DNA of 64,000 bases from assembly GCA_009859145.1 (NCBI GenBank), contig VRVR01000049.1, forward strand, positions 124,001-188,000, given 5' to 3'. The stretch comes from Andalucia godoyi And28 (taxonomy: Eukaryota > Protista > Jakobida). The notes beneath the pieces were generated by a model that did no database searches, was not told the origin of the DNA, and worked only from the letters and a program-made list of their open reading frames with translations. Within the stretch, counting starts at the first letter, position 1, and each line of letters opens with the position of its first letter. Below are positions 31,468-42,807 of the stretch, piece after piece. The position numbers and the translations under genes were made by a program.

Positions 31468-33270
31468 ATGGCCGAGTTTCTGTACCGAACGACGTTCACG
31501 AACACGGTTCATGATGCGCTGGAGAAGCGTGGGTGGCGAGAAACAGAGTCTGATCAGGACTTTGATGTTGCGTGGGTGTCGAAAGGGTGGATCCGGACGG
31601 TGTTTCCGAAAATCTCTGGGACTTTGAAGCGCGAGCAGCTCGTGAACCATTTTCCAAACACACAGGAGCTGACTCGGAAGGATCTGTTGCAGAAGAATCT
31701 GAAGCGGTTCCAAGCGACGGAAACAGTTGATTTCATGCCTGCAACTTTTCTGCTTCCGAATCAGTACCACATGTTTGAAGACACGTTTAAAAAGTCCAGC
31801 GCAAAAATGTGGATTCTCAAGCCGATTGGGCTGCTGCAGGGTCAGGGCATCTCGCTGGTAACCAACATTTCACAGGTTTCCGAGTTCCGAAAGGCTGCGC
31901 AAAACCCAAATTACATGGTGAATGCACGAGAAGCAGCTTCCAGCTCCGCGGCTGCTGGATCCTCCTCGGCTGACTCGGGATCGAAATCTTCAAGAAAATC
32001 ATATGCATCTTCGAGTTCCTCCTCGGTTTCGTCCTCAGACGACGAGGAGTCATCGTCGGACTCGGGGCCGTCGTCTGAGAAAAAGGGCGGAATTGAACCG
32101 CATATCGTGCAAAGGTACATCGATGCGCCGCTGTTGATTGGTGGCAAAAAATTTGATATGAGAATCTATGTGCTCGTTACGTCGTTCACGCCACTGACTG
32201 CATTCCTGTATCGCGGAGGATTCTGCAGATTCTCCGGATCTCGATACTCGACCTCAGCAAAGGACACGGAAAACATGTATGTCCATCTTACAAATCATGC
32301 AATCCAGAAAAAAGCAGAGTCGTTTCATCCGCTGAATGCTGGAGTGCACGTCGAAAATGGAACCACCCATCACGATCTAAAGTGGGCACTGCTCAATCTT
32401 CGTACGTATTTGAATTCGAAGCATGGATTTCAGCGCACGGACGAGGCATTTGCAGAGATTCAACATGTGCTGCTGACCACTCTTAGATCAGTGGAAAAGG
32501 TGATGTTCTCGGATTACCGCTGTTTTGAACTGTACGGTTTTGATATTTTGATAGACGAGAACCTCAAGCCGTGGATTCTCGAAGTGAATGCCAGCCCTTC
32601 GCTTTCAGCGTCATCGGATCAAGATAAGGCCTTGAAGGAAGACTTGGTCTCGGAAACATTGGACATCGTCATTTACGAGAAGAGGAGAAAGCGGCATTTG
32701 TACCAGGGAGATGCGCAGGATCAGACCGGCGGTGGTGGTGGTGGCGGTGCAACATCGGCGGGCAATACAGTTAACTCTCTGCCAACATCACCTTTCCAAG
32801 ACGTGTCGCATTCGCAACTGCAGTCCATGCTTGGAGAGCTTGAGCACATTCTCCGCGGATTTGATCCCATTTACTATGACGGAAAAGACTTGTCCAACAT
32901 TGGGATCACGCTTGGCTCTGGACATGGTGGCACAATGTCAAGCACCGGAGGACAGGGTATCCTTGGCAGAACTGGGGTCCGTTGCAGACTCGGAACGGAG
33001 CTTCGAGCTCCCATTTCGTTGGTTGCTCGAAATGCAGCGCTCGGTTCACGAGTAGACAAGATCCTTCCGATTGGACCGGGACCCGGCTCTTCCAAGATGC
33101 CTCCAAAAAAACCTGGCGACAAACCCGACATACCCCCTTCAGCAAAGACGAGCGCAAGCAACGCCAGCACCCAGCAAGGAAGCGGAGCGGCGAGTAACAA
33201 GGATCGGCCAAGAAGCCGAAGCGCTTCCGCCTCCAAGCGAAGATCGGTGAGCGCGGGATCTAGCAATTGA
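31468..33270 (+). CDS. Tubulin-tyrosine-ligase-like polyglutamylase (TTLL1/9-like)
   Basis: VNHFPNTQELTRKDLL, WILKP..QGQGI, VQRYIDAPLLIGGKKFDMRIYVLVTS, HLTNHAIQK, FELYGFDILID, LEVNASPSL. Confidence 0.92.
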   Translation: MAEFLYRTTFTNTVHDALEKRGWRETESDQDFDVAWVSKGWIRTVFPKISGTLKREQLVNHFPNTQELTRKDLLQKNLKRFQATETVDFMPATFLLPNQYHMFEDTFKKSSAKMWILKPIGLLQGQGISLVTNISQVSEFRKAAQNPNYMVNAREAASSSAAAGSSSADSGSKSSRKSYASSSSSSVSSSDDEESSSDSGPSSEKKGGIEPHIVQRYIDAPLLIGGKKFDMRIYVLVTSFTPLTAFLYRGGFCRFSGSRYSTSAKDTENMYVHLTNHAIQKKAESFHPLNAGVHVENGTTHHDLKWALLNLRTYLNSKHGFQRTDEAFAEIQHVLLTTLRSVEKVMFSDYRCFELYGFDILIDENLKPWILEVNASPSLSASSDQDKALKEDLVSETLDIVIYEKRRKRHLYQGDAQDQTGGGGGGGATSAGNTVNSLPTSPFQDVSHSQLQSMLGELEHILRGFDPIYYDGKDLSNIGITLGSGHGGTMSSTGGQGILGRTGVRCRLGTELRAPISLVARNAALGSRVDKILPIGPGPGSSKMPPKKPGDKPDIPPSAKTSASNASTQQGSGAASNKDRPRSRSASASKRRSVSAGSSN

Positions 33271-33802
33271 ATGAAGTACTTGAATTTCAGCACAATTAAA
33301 CAAAATAACGCGCACACCCAACTACGTCAACAGCAACATTCAAAATAAGATTGATAGTGGTAAAAAACGATCTTTTCATATATATTTTTTCGTTTTCTGT
33401 ACAAGCTCGTCGTATCTTAGAAAATGAAGTATTCTCTCCAACCCAAACCTCTCCAAGCGTTTGTCTCGCTTGCTGCGCCTCAGACAGATTTGATTTATAT
33501 ATATATATATTTTTTTTTGGCGTAAAATGACTTTAAAAATCAGCATCAGCATCCATCATCGATTAGAAGGAATCGGTTGTCAATATTCGACACAGTGTCT
33601 CGTTGGGCCTCGACCTGCACACCAACGCCGCCGCGACAACAACACCAACGACGACAAGAAAAAGATCGGCCTTCATTCAACAGCAATGTCGACGGCTGCC
33701 AACCCAGTCATGCTATCCGATGACATCACAGCCATCCACCAGACGTTTGGGTTGGAGGGTTATAGCAGGGGGGAAAAAAAAGAATGCAACAAGTGCTGGA
33801 CA

Positions 33803-36712
33803 TTACTGCTTCTTTTGCTGGTCAAAGAACTTTCGACGGATGAGACTGATGAGTTCGGGAATCCCTGCCAAACAACCGCTGGGCAGCTGGAGTGTCTTGA
33901 TGCCGTTGCCTTCCTTCTCAAGAAGATCGCTGAAGCTCAGCCGGTCGCGCACAGGCCACGCCTTCTTCTCATCCAACGACATCTTCTGGTAGGCCTTTCC
34001 CTGAGGAAAATACGAAACCTCGAAAATATCCCCGCGTGGGCAGAAGAACTCTGTATTGATCTTCAGACTTTTCCACAACAACTCGGAAGTGGGAGACGGC
34101 CTGAGAATGCTCTTCTTCTTCAGGTCCGCGAGAGGCTTTGCATAGAAGAATCCATCCACCGTTTCGATTGCAGCTGCGGACTGGTCTCGTTCGCCGAAAT
34201 GACCAAGATCGTTGATCGTACCTTCATTGGCAGTTCCAAACGAGACCACAGATTTGCCTCCATACTCGGAATTGGCGCTGTCGCCTGAACCCCGGCGTTG
34301 CAAGATGACAGACCGTCGACGCTGCATTGACGTTGGCGTAGCATCCCGTTCAAACTGCTGCTTCATCAACAAGATTTCTCCGTCGACGTTCTTCAGAAGA
34401 TTCTTGACAAATACGGCAGATGCCTGAATGCGGATGAGACCATCCGAAACCAATCGCTCCTTCGACGATTCAATGTTGGCAAGATCATGTTCCAGATAAT
34501 CGAAGAACGGAAGAACGTGTGAACCAAACAAGAGCGGTCGAATGAGAGTCGGAGTTAGCACGACAAGAGAGTCAGCAATCTGCGTAAGCATTGCAGCAAG
34601 CTGAGTGAATTGTTTTTGAGTACGGAGTAGTTCCGTGCTTCTGGTTCGCGTGAGAAGAATGGAATAGGATAGAGGATTCAAGTGGATGGGCGATGCGTCA
34701 TCTTCCATGCGAGTCAGAGCGGATCGATGAGAGAACGAAAGACGAGGAAGTTCGATGAGCGACAACATCAAGAGCTGTCGGACTCGGGCGAACCCCTCCA
34801 GGTCCGAAGACACCTTCCAAACAGCAAGCAAGTTGTTCAGAGCACTGACGTCTTCGGATCGCAGCCATGAATCAAGGGAATATGGATAAAAGAAGCCATC
34901 GCGGAAGAACCACGAACCTGTCAAGCGAACGACGATCCGAGAAACAATGGGTATCAACAAGAGCGAGTGGTTTGCGCTCCACTTGGAGGCCGTAACACAC
35001 TCGATGGCGGCCTCGAATGCAGAGTCCAGCGTACCCCACATAATAGACCAATTCTTCCGTGTCTTGTCCTTGACAACCCGCCCAGACGCTTCTTCGAACC
35101 TGTGCAGGTCCCTCTTCTCTGCGCAAACGGAAACATACGTCTTCCCAAGAGCCAGCAAAGATTCCAGCCCCGCCGGCCCCTTCAAGTACGCAGCGCTGAA
35201 AAGACCTTGAACATCGGGCGAGAGTTCGTGAAACGATTCCATGATTGCATCAAGCAAGAGATAGACATGCTTCACCAAGGAATCGATGCGCAAGTCAAGG
35301 ATAAACGCTGCATCGGAAGACTGAGAAGGAGGAAGATCAAGTGTGAAGTCCACCGATGGCAAGTCAATCGACGAAAAGACGGGAATAAACGGACCATCGC
35401 CAACCAACGGATCAATTTGAGAGAGCGCATCCTGCAGAGTAAGTTCAGAAGCAAGAATTCGAGCCGTTGCAGCTGCAAAGGCGGACTGCGACGCAGCCGG
35501 GGGTGACGAAAGTTCAGACTGTCGGTCCCTCGGTCGACTGTCTATTTGTAATCGAGAAGCGGAGGCTGATGAGAGCAGCACGGGTGACGCCCGTTGTTGC
35601 AAAGCGTTCGCAAGCTTCGCAGACTGCGGTCTCAAGTTTCCCGTGCTTGAGGAGGATTGGTTGGAAACAAGATACAGTTTCTTTCTGAGGACATTCCGCT
35701 CCTCAATCTTCTCCGCAAGTCGTTGAATCATAACAATCACTTCATCTTTTGTATCATCGAAATTCTCTCGAACCTGCTCTCGTTCGGCCGCAGCATGAGC
35801 GAGCGGCGAGGCCTTTGCCTTTGACTGCAACTCTGCATAGAACCGCAAGTACCCTTGCTCGACCTGAAATGCAGCACCACCAATATGACCACCTTCTCGT
35901 TCCGAAAACAGCGCACCCCCCGGCACGCCATTTGTGTTGGCAACCGACAAGGACGCTATCGACACGGAAGACGGAGCAGAATGGGGACCCGGAGAAAGCT
36001 GTCTAGACGACGAAGATCCAAACCCGGCTGGTGGCGACGGCGATCTCGTGCCTGCAGATCCACGCAAGCCTGGGCCAGCCGACGCGGGCAACAAGTGTGA
36101 TGTGAAGACAGAAGAGATGGATCCAGGAGCAGCCGCACCCAAAACAGACGACTTTGAAGACTGCTGGTCCTCTCGCAGCACACGTTCTCGTTGCTTCACG
36201 ACTCCTTGGAAGTACAGCGATTCCACCTTGTTGCTAATATCCCTTTCCGACAACTTCCTCTCCATCCCCTTTCTTTCCGTCAGCCGAGCTTCCGTTGGAG
36301 ACTCAGTCCTCCCGCGAATGGGGCGGCTCCGAAAAGACAAGTTAAATTCCTTGACAACTGTCGGTCGACCAGTGTACTGTGCAGAGGTCCTCGTCGGGGA
36401 CGTTGCTTCCTGCCTTTGCTTCCTTGCATGCTCCAGTCTGTTGATGAACTGAATCTCTCCCTTCTTTGGCGCCGCGTCCTTCGGAGAAGGAACAACAACC
36501 TCCGTGGTTGTCCGCAGACTTGGCGAAAACGTGCATTCCACCTCCTTTGCATTTTCCTTCAACGCACGCATGCTTGCGATCCTCGAGTCGCGCGACTGCA
36601 GCCATTCAATCTCACGCTCATACATCCCACGTTGCCTCGTCGTCTGCGGCTTAGGAGACGCCGACTCACGCGAGGACGAAGTTCGCGAGGACGATGCTTC
36701 CGAATAATCCAT
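33803..36712 (-). CDS. Large hypothetical protein (about 970 aa)
   Basis: Long uninterrupted ORF flanked by AT-rich spacers; basic N-terminus with an ECTFSP motif, helical middle region; no family recognised. Start taken at MDYSEASS (36739 is an alternative). Confidence 0.75.
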   Translation of the reverse strand: MDYSEASSSRTSSSRESASPKPQTTRQRGMYEREIEWLQSRDSRIASMRALKENAKEVECTFSPSLRTTTEVVVPSPKDAAPKKGEIQFINRLEHARKQRQEATSPTRTSAQYTGRPTVVKEFNLSFRSRPIRGRTESPTEARLTERKGMERKLSERDISNKVESLYFQGVVKQRERVLREDQQSSKSSVLGAAAPGSISSVFTSHLLPASAGPGLRGSAGTRSPSPPAGFGSSSSRQLSPGPHSAPSSVSIASLSVANTNGVPGGALFSEREGGHIGGAAFQVEQGYLRFYAELQSKAKASPLAHAAAEREQVRENFDDTKDEVIVMIQRLAEKIEERNVLRKKLYLVSNQSSSSTGNLRPQSAKLANALQQRASPVLLSSASASRLQIDSRPRDRQSELSSPPAASQSAFAAATARILASELTLQDALSQIDPLVGDGPFIPVFSSIDLPSVDFTLDLPPSQSSDAAFILDLRIDSLVKHVYLLLDAIMESFHELSPDVQGLFSAAYLKGPAGLESLLALGKTYVSVCAEKRDLHRFEEASGRVVKDKTRKNWSIMWGTLDSAFEAAIECVTASKWSANHSLLLIPIVSRIVVRLTGSWFFRDGFFYPYSLDSWLRSEDVSALNNLLAVWKVSSDLEGFARVRQLLMLSLIELPRLSFSHRSALTRMEDDASPIHLNPLSYSILLTRTRSTELLRTQKQFTQLAAMLTQIADSLVVLTPTLIRPLLFGSHVLPFFDYLEHDLANIESSKERLVSDGLIRIQASAVFVKNLLKNVDGEILLMKQQFERDATPTSMQRRRSVILQRRGSGDSANSEYGGKSVVSFGTANEGTINDLGHFGERDQSAAAIETVDGFFYAKPLADLKKKSILRPSPTSELLWKSLKINTEFFCPRGDIFEVSYFPQGKAYQKMSLDEKKAWPVRDRLSFSDLLEKEGNGIKTLQLPSGCLAGIPELISLIRRKFFDQQKKQ

Positions 36713-37161
36713 GTTTTTGTTTTCTTTTTCCGCGACCACAAACCAGCCTTTTCCTACCTTCCCTTCTTTCCCAGTACTACAAAAGAGGAAGCAACGGAAA
36801 CCCGATTAAACGATAATAACACTATTTCCAAATGAACGAGAGACACAGCACTTCTCGTGCACTGATTTTGTAAAGCTGTGGAGCTGTGGCGCTGTGGAGC
36901 TGGGGAATTGGGCCTTCAGAGTATCGAGTCGTGGATTCTCCCCGCAGCTTGTGAAGGAGACAATGATCACGAAAAGCAGCCGAGAAGCAGAAGAAAAACG
37001 TCCTTGCAGCCTCCAGCATCAACCGTGGCAGAGAAGAACGATGTCGAACCGTGTCGACAGCATTTTTTCGTTTTAGCTTCGTGGTCGTCGTGGCGTTCGC
37101 AGAATTTGCGTATTGTTGTTGCAGGAAACGGTTCAGAAGAATGGATAATGCATGAACGCGA

Positions 37162-37198
<37 letters not shown>

Positions 37199-37239
37199 AA
37201 AGGCGGGTGGGAATATAAAAAACGGATTAGAAGAGGGGC

Positions 37240-38277
37240 ATGTATTCGCTTGTTCGGTGGTCGTATCGCAAGCTGACGTCGCGCCCAAAGCGAACGATTG
37301 CGATTTTTGGGATTGAAGATGCTGGCAAAACGGCTTTGATGGACTGTTTTTCATGCATGTTCCGCCAGATGGTGTATGATTTGGTTCCGACAATGGGCCA
37401 GCAGTTCACATCCTTTGTTTCAAAGTCGATTCAGTTTGATGTACTGGACTTCTGTGGAGTCCGCACCTTCCGATCCACCTGGAACTACTTTTGCGAAGAT
37501 CTGAGTGCGTTTGTCTATGTCGTGGACTCGAGTACCTGCCAGGGCTATTCACGCTTGTGTGAAAGCTTGTCTGCGGTGCAAAACCTGATCCAGACCCCGG
37601 AAGCTTCTACCCTGCCTTTTATCCTTGTGTTTTCAAAATGCGACACTTCCCCTGCTCATCATGCTGCGGATGATGGAGCGACAGGTGTTGCGGATTGGAT
37701 CAGGTTCATAGCGGGGTGTCCGCCTTCTGTGCGGATTGTCTTTTGCTCGTCAAAATCATTTTGCCAGTCGCAGCCGGCATTGACTGTCGACTTGTCTGCA
37801 CAAATGACACTCGATTCGCGATTGCCGGAAGCCCACGATGATGAGCATCGACAACCAAACGGAAGCACAGAACCATCCCTGTCTGCCGCGGCAGCATCTC
37901 CAGCGTCGACGCTGGAGAAACAAGACGATTTGGTGCATGTGACAATCCACGTCCGAAATCAGGAGTCGGAAGACGTCTCCATCCACTTAGACGTCTCGGA
38001 AGATCTTGGACCGGATATTGAAAAGCAGCCTGACTCATCGTCTCCTCTGGACTTCTCTTCTCCTGCCCCAGTGGATGCGCAGAAACACATTCACCAGATC
38101 TCTTCGTCCTCCTCGTTTTCATCATCCGCGGCCCAAACTCCTTTGCCACAATCCGTTTCTTTTGTGCAGACTGCATACCACAATCTGCGGGACCGTTGTT
38201 TGAACAGCCCAGATTTGGCTGTTTCAGACGGCGGAATAGACAGCTTACTCTCTGCCATCCATCTGTGTATCAAGTAG
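37240..38277 (+). CDS. Divergent Arf-like small GTPase
   Basis: GIEDAGKT (G1), PTMG (G2), DFCG (G3), FVYVVDSS, FSKCD (G4); long low-complexity insert before the final helix. Confidence 0.8.
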   Translation: MYSLVRWSYRKLTSRPKRTIAIFGIEDAGKTALMDCFSCMFRQMVYDLVPTMGQQFTSFVSKSIQFDVLDFCGVRTFRSTWNYFCEDLSAFVYVVDSSTCQGYSRLCESLSAVQNLIQTPEASTLPFILVFSKCDTSPAHHAADDGATGVADWIRFIAGCPPSVRIVFCSSKSFCQSQPALTVDLSAQMTLDSRLPEAHDDEHRQPNGSTEPSLSAAAASPASTLEKQDDLVHVTIHVRNQESEDVSIHLDVSEDLGPDIEKQPDSSSPLDFSSPAPVDAQKHIHQISSSSSFSSSAAQTPLPQSVSFVQTAYHNLRDRCLNSPDLAVSDGGIDSLLSAIHLCIK

Positions 38278-39182
38278 GATCGCCGTGTCCTGTGTGCCTG
38301 TCCGCCGTTGGGCAAACAAGTGAGTCTTGACATCCGTCATACTGCACGTATATGCAAACCACACGTATCTGAGACGACAAAAGTCGGTTTTAGGTGAACC
38401 TGAGTTTTGCATGGCTGCGCAGTTCTGTTCTGTCTCTGTTGCTAGGCAATGTCGCAAGCCGAGCTCGGGCATATGTTACATTGACCACACGTTCTCTTCG
38501 CAGCGCCGGAAATCGACAATTTCGGGGGCCGGTTCCCTGCAGAGTTGTGGTTCTCGATGAATTACCTCGTAAATTGGTAGTAAATTGCTGTTTCTCTTTC
38601 CACATTCACCATCTCGCAGTGTTATGAAACGAAGCGCACGTTAATTGTCATCCAGATGCAGATATCGAAATAATGGAATGCAGCTTGCACAATTCTGCAT
38701 GAATTATCGCAGAGCGACTGCACAACCAAAGAGACATGGGAAGCAAATGGATTCATGCAAGATCCTCTTTGAATGGGAAATTTTAGGTGAATCTGCGAAG
38801 AAGCTCTTGTTGCTCTTGTTGCTCGTGCAGCCCGCACACCCTCAAAGGAACAGGGCAGGAAACGCGACCGCGCGCGATGTTCCAAGGATGTAAAAAAGGT
38901 CATTCAGACAGCGGAGCAGACCTCCATCTTCCGAAGCCGGTGTGAAGCATTCAGTATCGGGCCCCCCGCGAACGCAAGTTGGCACAGGTGCGAACCAAGC
39001 AGGAACACAAGTTGGGCCTGAAATCGGCGTCGGTCGTAACATTGCAGGGCAGCAGAACCCGTCAAAATACGAGCGCCGCGAAGGCTCAATGTTGCGTTGT
39101 TTTCGTCGTCGTTTTTCAGCAGGGGAAAACATCAAAAGGCTTGCTTCTGCAAACTCTATAATCGTCGCCGATCTGGATTCTC

Positions 39183-41600
39183 ATGATACCGAGATTATCG
39201 GCTGCTCGTGGATTTCGCAAGCCGGATTGCAAAATCCTGCAGTCCTTTCGGCGGTTTTCATCGTCTGCAAGCAGCGGCATCGCAGACGCAAATCCCGACA
39301 TGTCTCCCATGCACGACGGATCAAAATCAAACGTTGCCGCAGAGTACACATTCACGAGGCATCACTTGGATGCAGATTTCATTGCATCGCTCCCGTGGAC
39401 CCAGTATCCCTTACAACGAATACGAAATCTAAGCATCATCGCGCATATTGACCATGGGAAATCCACGCTTGCGGATCGGCTGCTTGAGTTTTGTGGAACG
39501 CTTCCTGTTGGTGTCCGCCATCAGCAGTATCTGGACAAATTGCAAGTTGAAAAGGAACGTGGCATCACAGTCAAGGCGCAAACCGCAAGCATGTTTTTCA
39601 AGGATCCGTTGTATGATGCTGGAAAACAACAGCTGCCATGCTTGATTAACCTCATCGATTGTCCAGGACACATTGATTTTCATTATGAAGTTTCAAGGTC
39701 GCTTTCGGCGTGCGAAGGAGCGCTGCTTTTGGTGGATGCTTCTCAAGGGATCCAAGCCCAGACTATTGCGAATTACGAGAAGACGCTGAGTGTTTCGCAT
39801 CCTATCGAGCTGTTGCCGGTCATCACGAAGTGCGATCTTCCGCACGCGGATCCAGAAAAGTGCCGCGAGGACCTTTCGCACATGTTCGGATTCAACCCAA
39901 AGGATATTCTGCTGTGCTCTGCAAAGAGCGGCTTTGGAATTGACACTCTTGTGCAGGCTATCCTGGACCGAATCCCCGATCCTGAGCGCGATATGCCTCC
40001 GTTTATTGACGTGTCCAAGAAGGCAGCTGCGGAAGTAGAAAAGAAGGCGCTGCAAGCGCTGCTGTTTGATTCGTGGTATGATTCGTATCGAGGTGTGATT
40101 TGCTTGGTCCGTCTGGCACATGGCATGATTACGAAGGGCGACTCCGTCATGTGCGCGTCGACCAAGAAAGCATACGTCGTCCAGGACTGCGGCATCCTGT
40201 ACCCGGAACTGTTTTCAACGGGCGTCCTGCTTCGGGGACAGGTGGGGTTTTTGTGCCTGGGCATGAAGACGACGCGAGAAGCCCGCGTTGGCGATACGAT
40301 TCTCGCCACCTCCTCCGTTCCTGTGCAGTACATTGAGCCTTCGTACCTTGAAAATTTTACAGTTTCCAGCAATGTCAGCGCGTCAAATTCCTCGCAATCC
40401 GTTTCAACAACAGTTGCCGCGCAAAACCTCAAGGAAATGACCTCTATGCCAGTACTGCCGGGATTCCGCGCAGCCATTCCTATGGTGTACGCTTCGCTGT
40501 TCCCGACGTCTGGCGAAGATTTGGACGTTCTTCGAACAGCTCTTGATAAGCTTACGCTAAATGACTCGTCGGTGAAGTTGGACACCCGCATGTCCACGGA
40601 ATCGAACCCGGTGCTTGGAGTTGGTTTCCGTGCCGGGTTTCTCGGCATGCTCCATCTGGACGTCTTTGTCACGCGGCTGCGGCAGGAATTTCATGTGGAT
40701 TCGATTGTTGCATCCCCGACGGTGCCGTACAAGGTGCTTGTGGATCTTCCCGGCGAAGGAAATATCAAAACGCTTCGCGAACTGATGCTGACATCTCCGC
40801 AAGAATTTCCCACCGGAATGAGCCAAGCTGGCGAGCCTTGGGTGCAATATGTGAAGCAATGGGGCATTGCCACAACCATGGAAGAGTCCATCCGGGACCG
40901 ATCGCTCGACAATCCAGATGCACAATCAGGACGATGCGATGCGATGATTCCAATTTCTGTTGTCAACTCGTTTTTGGAGCCCCGCGTCGATATTTCTGTT
41001 GTCGCTCCCGTTGAGCAGCTTGGTTCTGTCATGCAGCTGTGCGAAGAGAGACGAGGAGAACGGACAGCAATGTCATACTTGTCTCCAGTGCGAGTTCTTT
41101 TGAAGTATTCACTGCCCATGAGCGAACTGATCACAGACTTTTTCGATGCCTTGCAAACCATCACGTCTGGCTACGCCTCTCTTGATTACGATCTGAGCAA
41201 TTTGAAATATGAAAAGACGGCGCTTTGCAAAGTCGTTGTTCTTCTGAATGGAGAGGAAGTGGATGCGCTGTCGTCTCTTTGCCATCCCTCTCATGCAGAG
41301 CGAAAAGCCAAGCGACTTGCGGAGAAGCTCCGCGATGTCATTCCTCGTCAAATGTTTGAAGTCGTCGTGCAGACCGGTGTCGTGGGAAAGGGAGATGGTC
41401 TCCGTGGTGGAGTCAAGATTATTGCACGCGAAAGAATTGCAGCCTTGCGGAAAGATGTCACGGCCAAATGCTACGGTGGCGACATCACTCGAAAACGAAA
41501 GCTCCTGGAAAAACAAAAGGAATCCAAGAAGCGAATGAAGCGAGTCGGCTCTGTCGAGCTTTCCAACGACGCCTTCCTTGCAGTTCTTTCCTCGCACTGA
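39183..41600 (+). CDS. GUF1: Mitochondrial translation factor GUF1 / LepA (EF4)
   Basis: RNLSIIAHIDHGKSTLADRLL, ERGITVKAQ, DCPGHIDF, GFRAGFLGMLH, RKDVTAKCYGGDITRKRKLLEKQK. Confidence 0.95.
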   Translation: MIPRLSAARGFRKPDCKILQSFRRFSSSASSGIADANPDMSPMHDGSKSNVAAEYTFTRHHLDADFIASLPWTQYPLQRIRNLSIIAHIDHGKSTLADRLLEFCGTLPVGVRHQQYLDKLQVEKERGITVKAQTASMFFKDPLYDAGKQQLPCLINLIDCPGHIDFHYEVSRSLSACEGALLLVDASQGIQAQTIANYEKTLSVSHPIELLPVITKCDLPHADPEKCREDLSHMFGFNPKDILLCSAKSGFGIDTLVQAILDRIPDPERDMPPFIDVSKKAAAEVEKKALQALLFDSWYDSYRGVICLVRLAHGMITKGDSVMCASTKKAYVVQDCGILYPELFSTGVLLRGQVGFLCLGMKTTREARVGDTILATSSVPVQYIEPSYLENFTVSSNVSASNSSQSVSTTVAAQNLKEMTSMPVLPGFRAAIPMVYASLFPTSGEDLDVLRTALDKLTLNDSSVKLDTRMSTESNPVLGVGFRAGFLGMLHLDVFVTRLRQEFHVDSIVASPTVPYKVLVDLPGEGNIKTLRELMLTSPQEFPTGMSQAGEPWVQYVKQWGIATTMEESIRDRSLDNPDAQSGRCDAMIPISVVNSFLEPRVDISVVAPVEQLGSVMQLCEERRGERTAMSYLSPVRVLLKYSLPMSELITDFFDALQTITSGYASLDYDLSNLKYEKTALCKVVVLLNGEEVDALSSLCHPSHAERKAKRLAEKLRDVIPRQMFEVVVQTGVVGKGDGLRGGVKIIARERIAALRKDVTAKCYGGDITRKRKLLEKQKESKKRMKRVGSVELSNDAFLAVLSSH

Positions 41601-41960
41601 ATTGTCATTTTCCAATGAACACCTGTCCGTCCGCCCCGCCCCTCGTCCCTTCCTCTGCCAGTGGATAGAGAAAAAACCTCAGGCTCCCTTTCCGCCTGCC
41701 GTACTCCGCGTGTAGATTGCTCTGCTCCATTTGAGCGAATGTTTCCCTTTTCCTTTTGCAGCCGCGAAACGTTCCTTGTCTTTTTCGTTTTGCTTTTGCT
41801 TTTGCTTTTGGTGTAATTGTTGATGTGCTGATTTACCATTCTTTTGTTTTTATTTTTTTAGTTTTAATTGAATTTTTAAAAATCATATTTTAGATTTAGA
41901 TTTAAATCAAGGATCGTGGAAAGCGAGAGAGATTGAGGGGTTTGTATTAGTGTTATAGAG

Positions 41961-42734
41961 ATGCCGCGATCGAAGCGTTCCCGTGTAGTTCCACTTACGA
42001 AGACTGGCAAGAAGGGCCGAGAACGCAAGGAAGGGCTTATGGGCTCGATCCGCGACACATTTGACTCATACAAGTTTGTGTATGTTTTTGAAATGGAGAA
42101 TCCGCGATCAAGTGCGATGAAGGATGTTCGGATGGAGTATCGATCGAGTCGTTTCTTCCTTGGAAAGAACAAGGTTATGCGACTGGCGTTGGGCAAGACG
42201 CGTAATGATGCGCATGCTGAGAACACCCATTTGCTAAGTAGGGTGCTGAGAGGGAACTGTGGACTGATGTTCTCCAACGAAGAACCTGATAATGTTATTG
42301 CGTTCCTGTCCACGTACAGACCGTCTGACTATGCAAAGCCCGGATTCAAAGCTACCGAAAGGGTCTCGCTACACCGCGGATTGATCGACTTTCCTGTGTC
42401 GTCCGAGCCGATGTTGCGGTCGTTGGGTCTACCGGTCAGGATCAACAAGGGTACTCTCGAGCTCTCGGATGACTATGTCGTCTGTGAGGAGGGAAAGCCG
42501 CTGTCTGTTGAACAAGCTCGCATTCTCAAGCTGTTCAAGAAGCACATGTCCGTCTTTTCCCTGAAAGTGACTGCGTTTTGGTCGGACGGAAAGTTCTCGC
42601 GAGTGTCCGAGGACGGAGAATACGTTGTGGAAGGAGATGACAGCAACGCTCAGTCCGAGAATGGTGAAGACGATGACGATGAAGACGACGAAGACGACGA
42701 TGAAGACGAAGACGAAGACGAAGATATGGAGTAA
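41961..42734 (+). CDS. MRT4: 60S biogenesis factor MRT4
   Basis: MPRSKRSRVVPLTKT, NPRSSAMKDVR, RFFLGKNKVM, EGKPLSVEQARILKLF, acidic tail. Confidence 0.95.
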   Translation: MPRSKRSRVVPLTKTGKKGRERKEGLMGSIRDTFDSYKFVYVFEMENPRSSAMKDVRMEYRSSRFFLGKNKVMRLALGKTRNDAHAENTHLLSRVLRGNCGLMFSNEEPDNVIAFLSTYRPSDYAKPGFKATERVSLHRGLIDFPVSSEPMLRSLGLPVRINKGTLELSDDYVVCEEGKPLSVEQARILKLFKKHMSVFSLKVTAFWSDGKFSRVSEDGEYVVEGDDSNAQSENGEDDDDEDDEDDDEDEDEDEDME

Positions 42735-42807
42735 AGAATAAGATGAATTCAAATGGGTCGGCTTTTTTATGTCTTGCTGTGTGCATGAAGAAAAGAAAAA
42801 GATCCCT

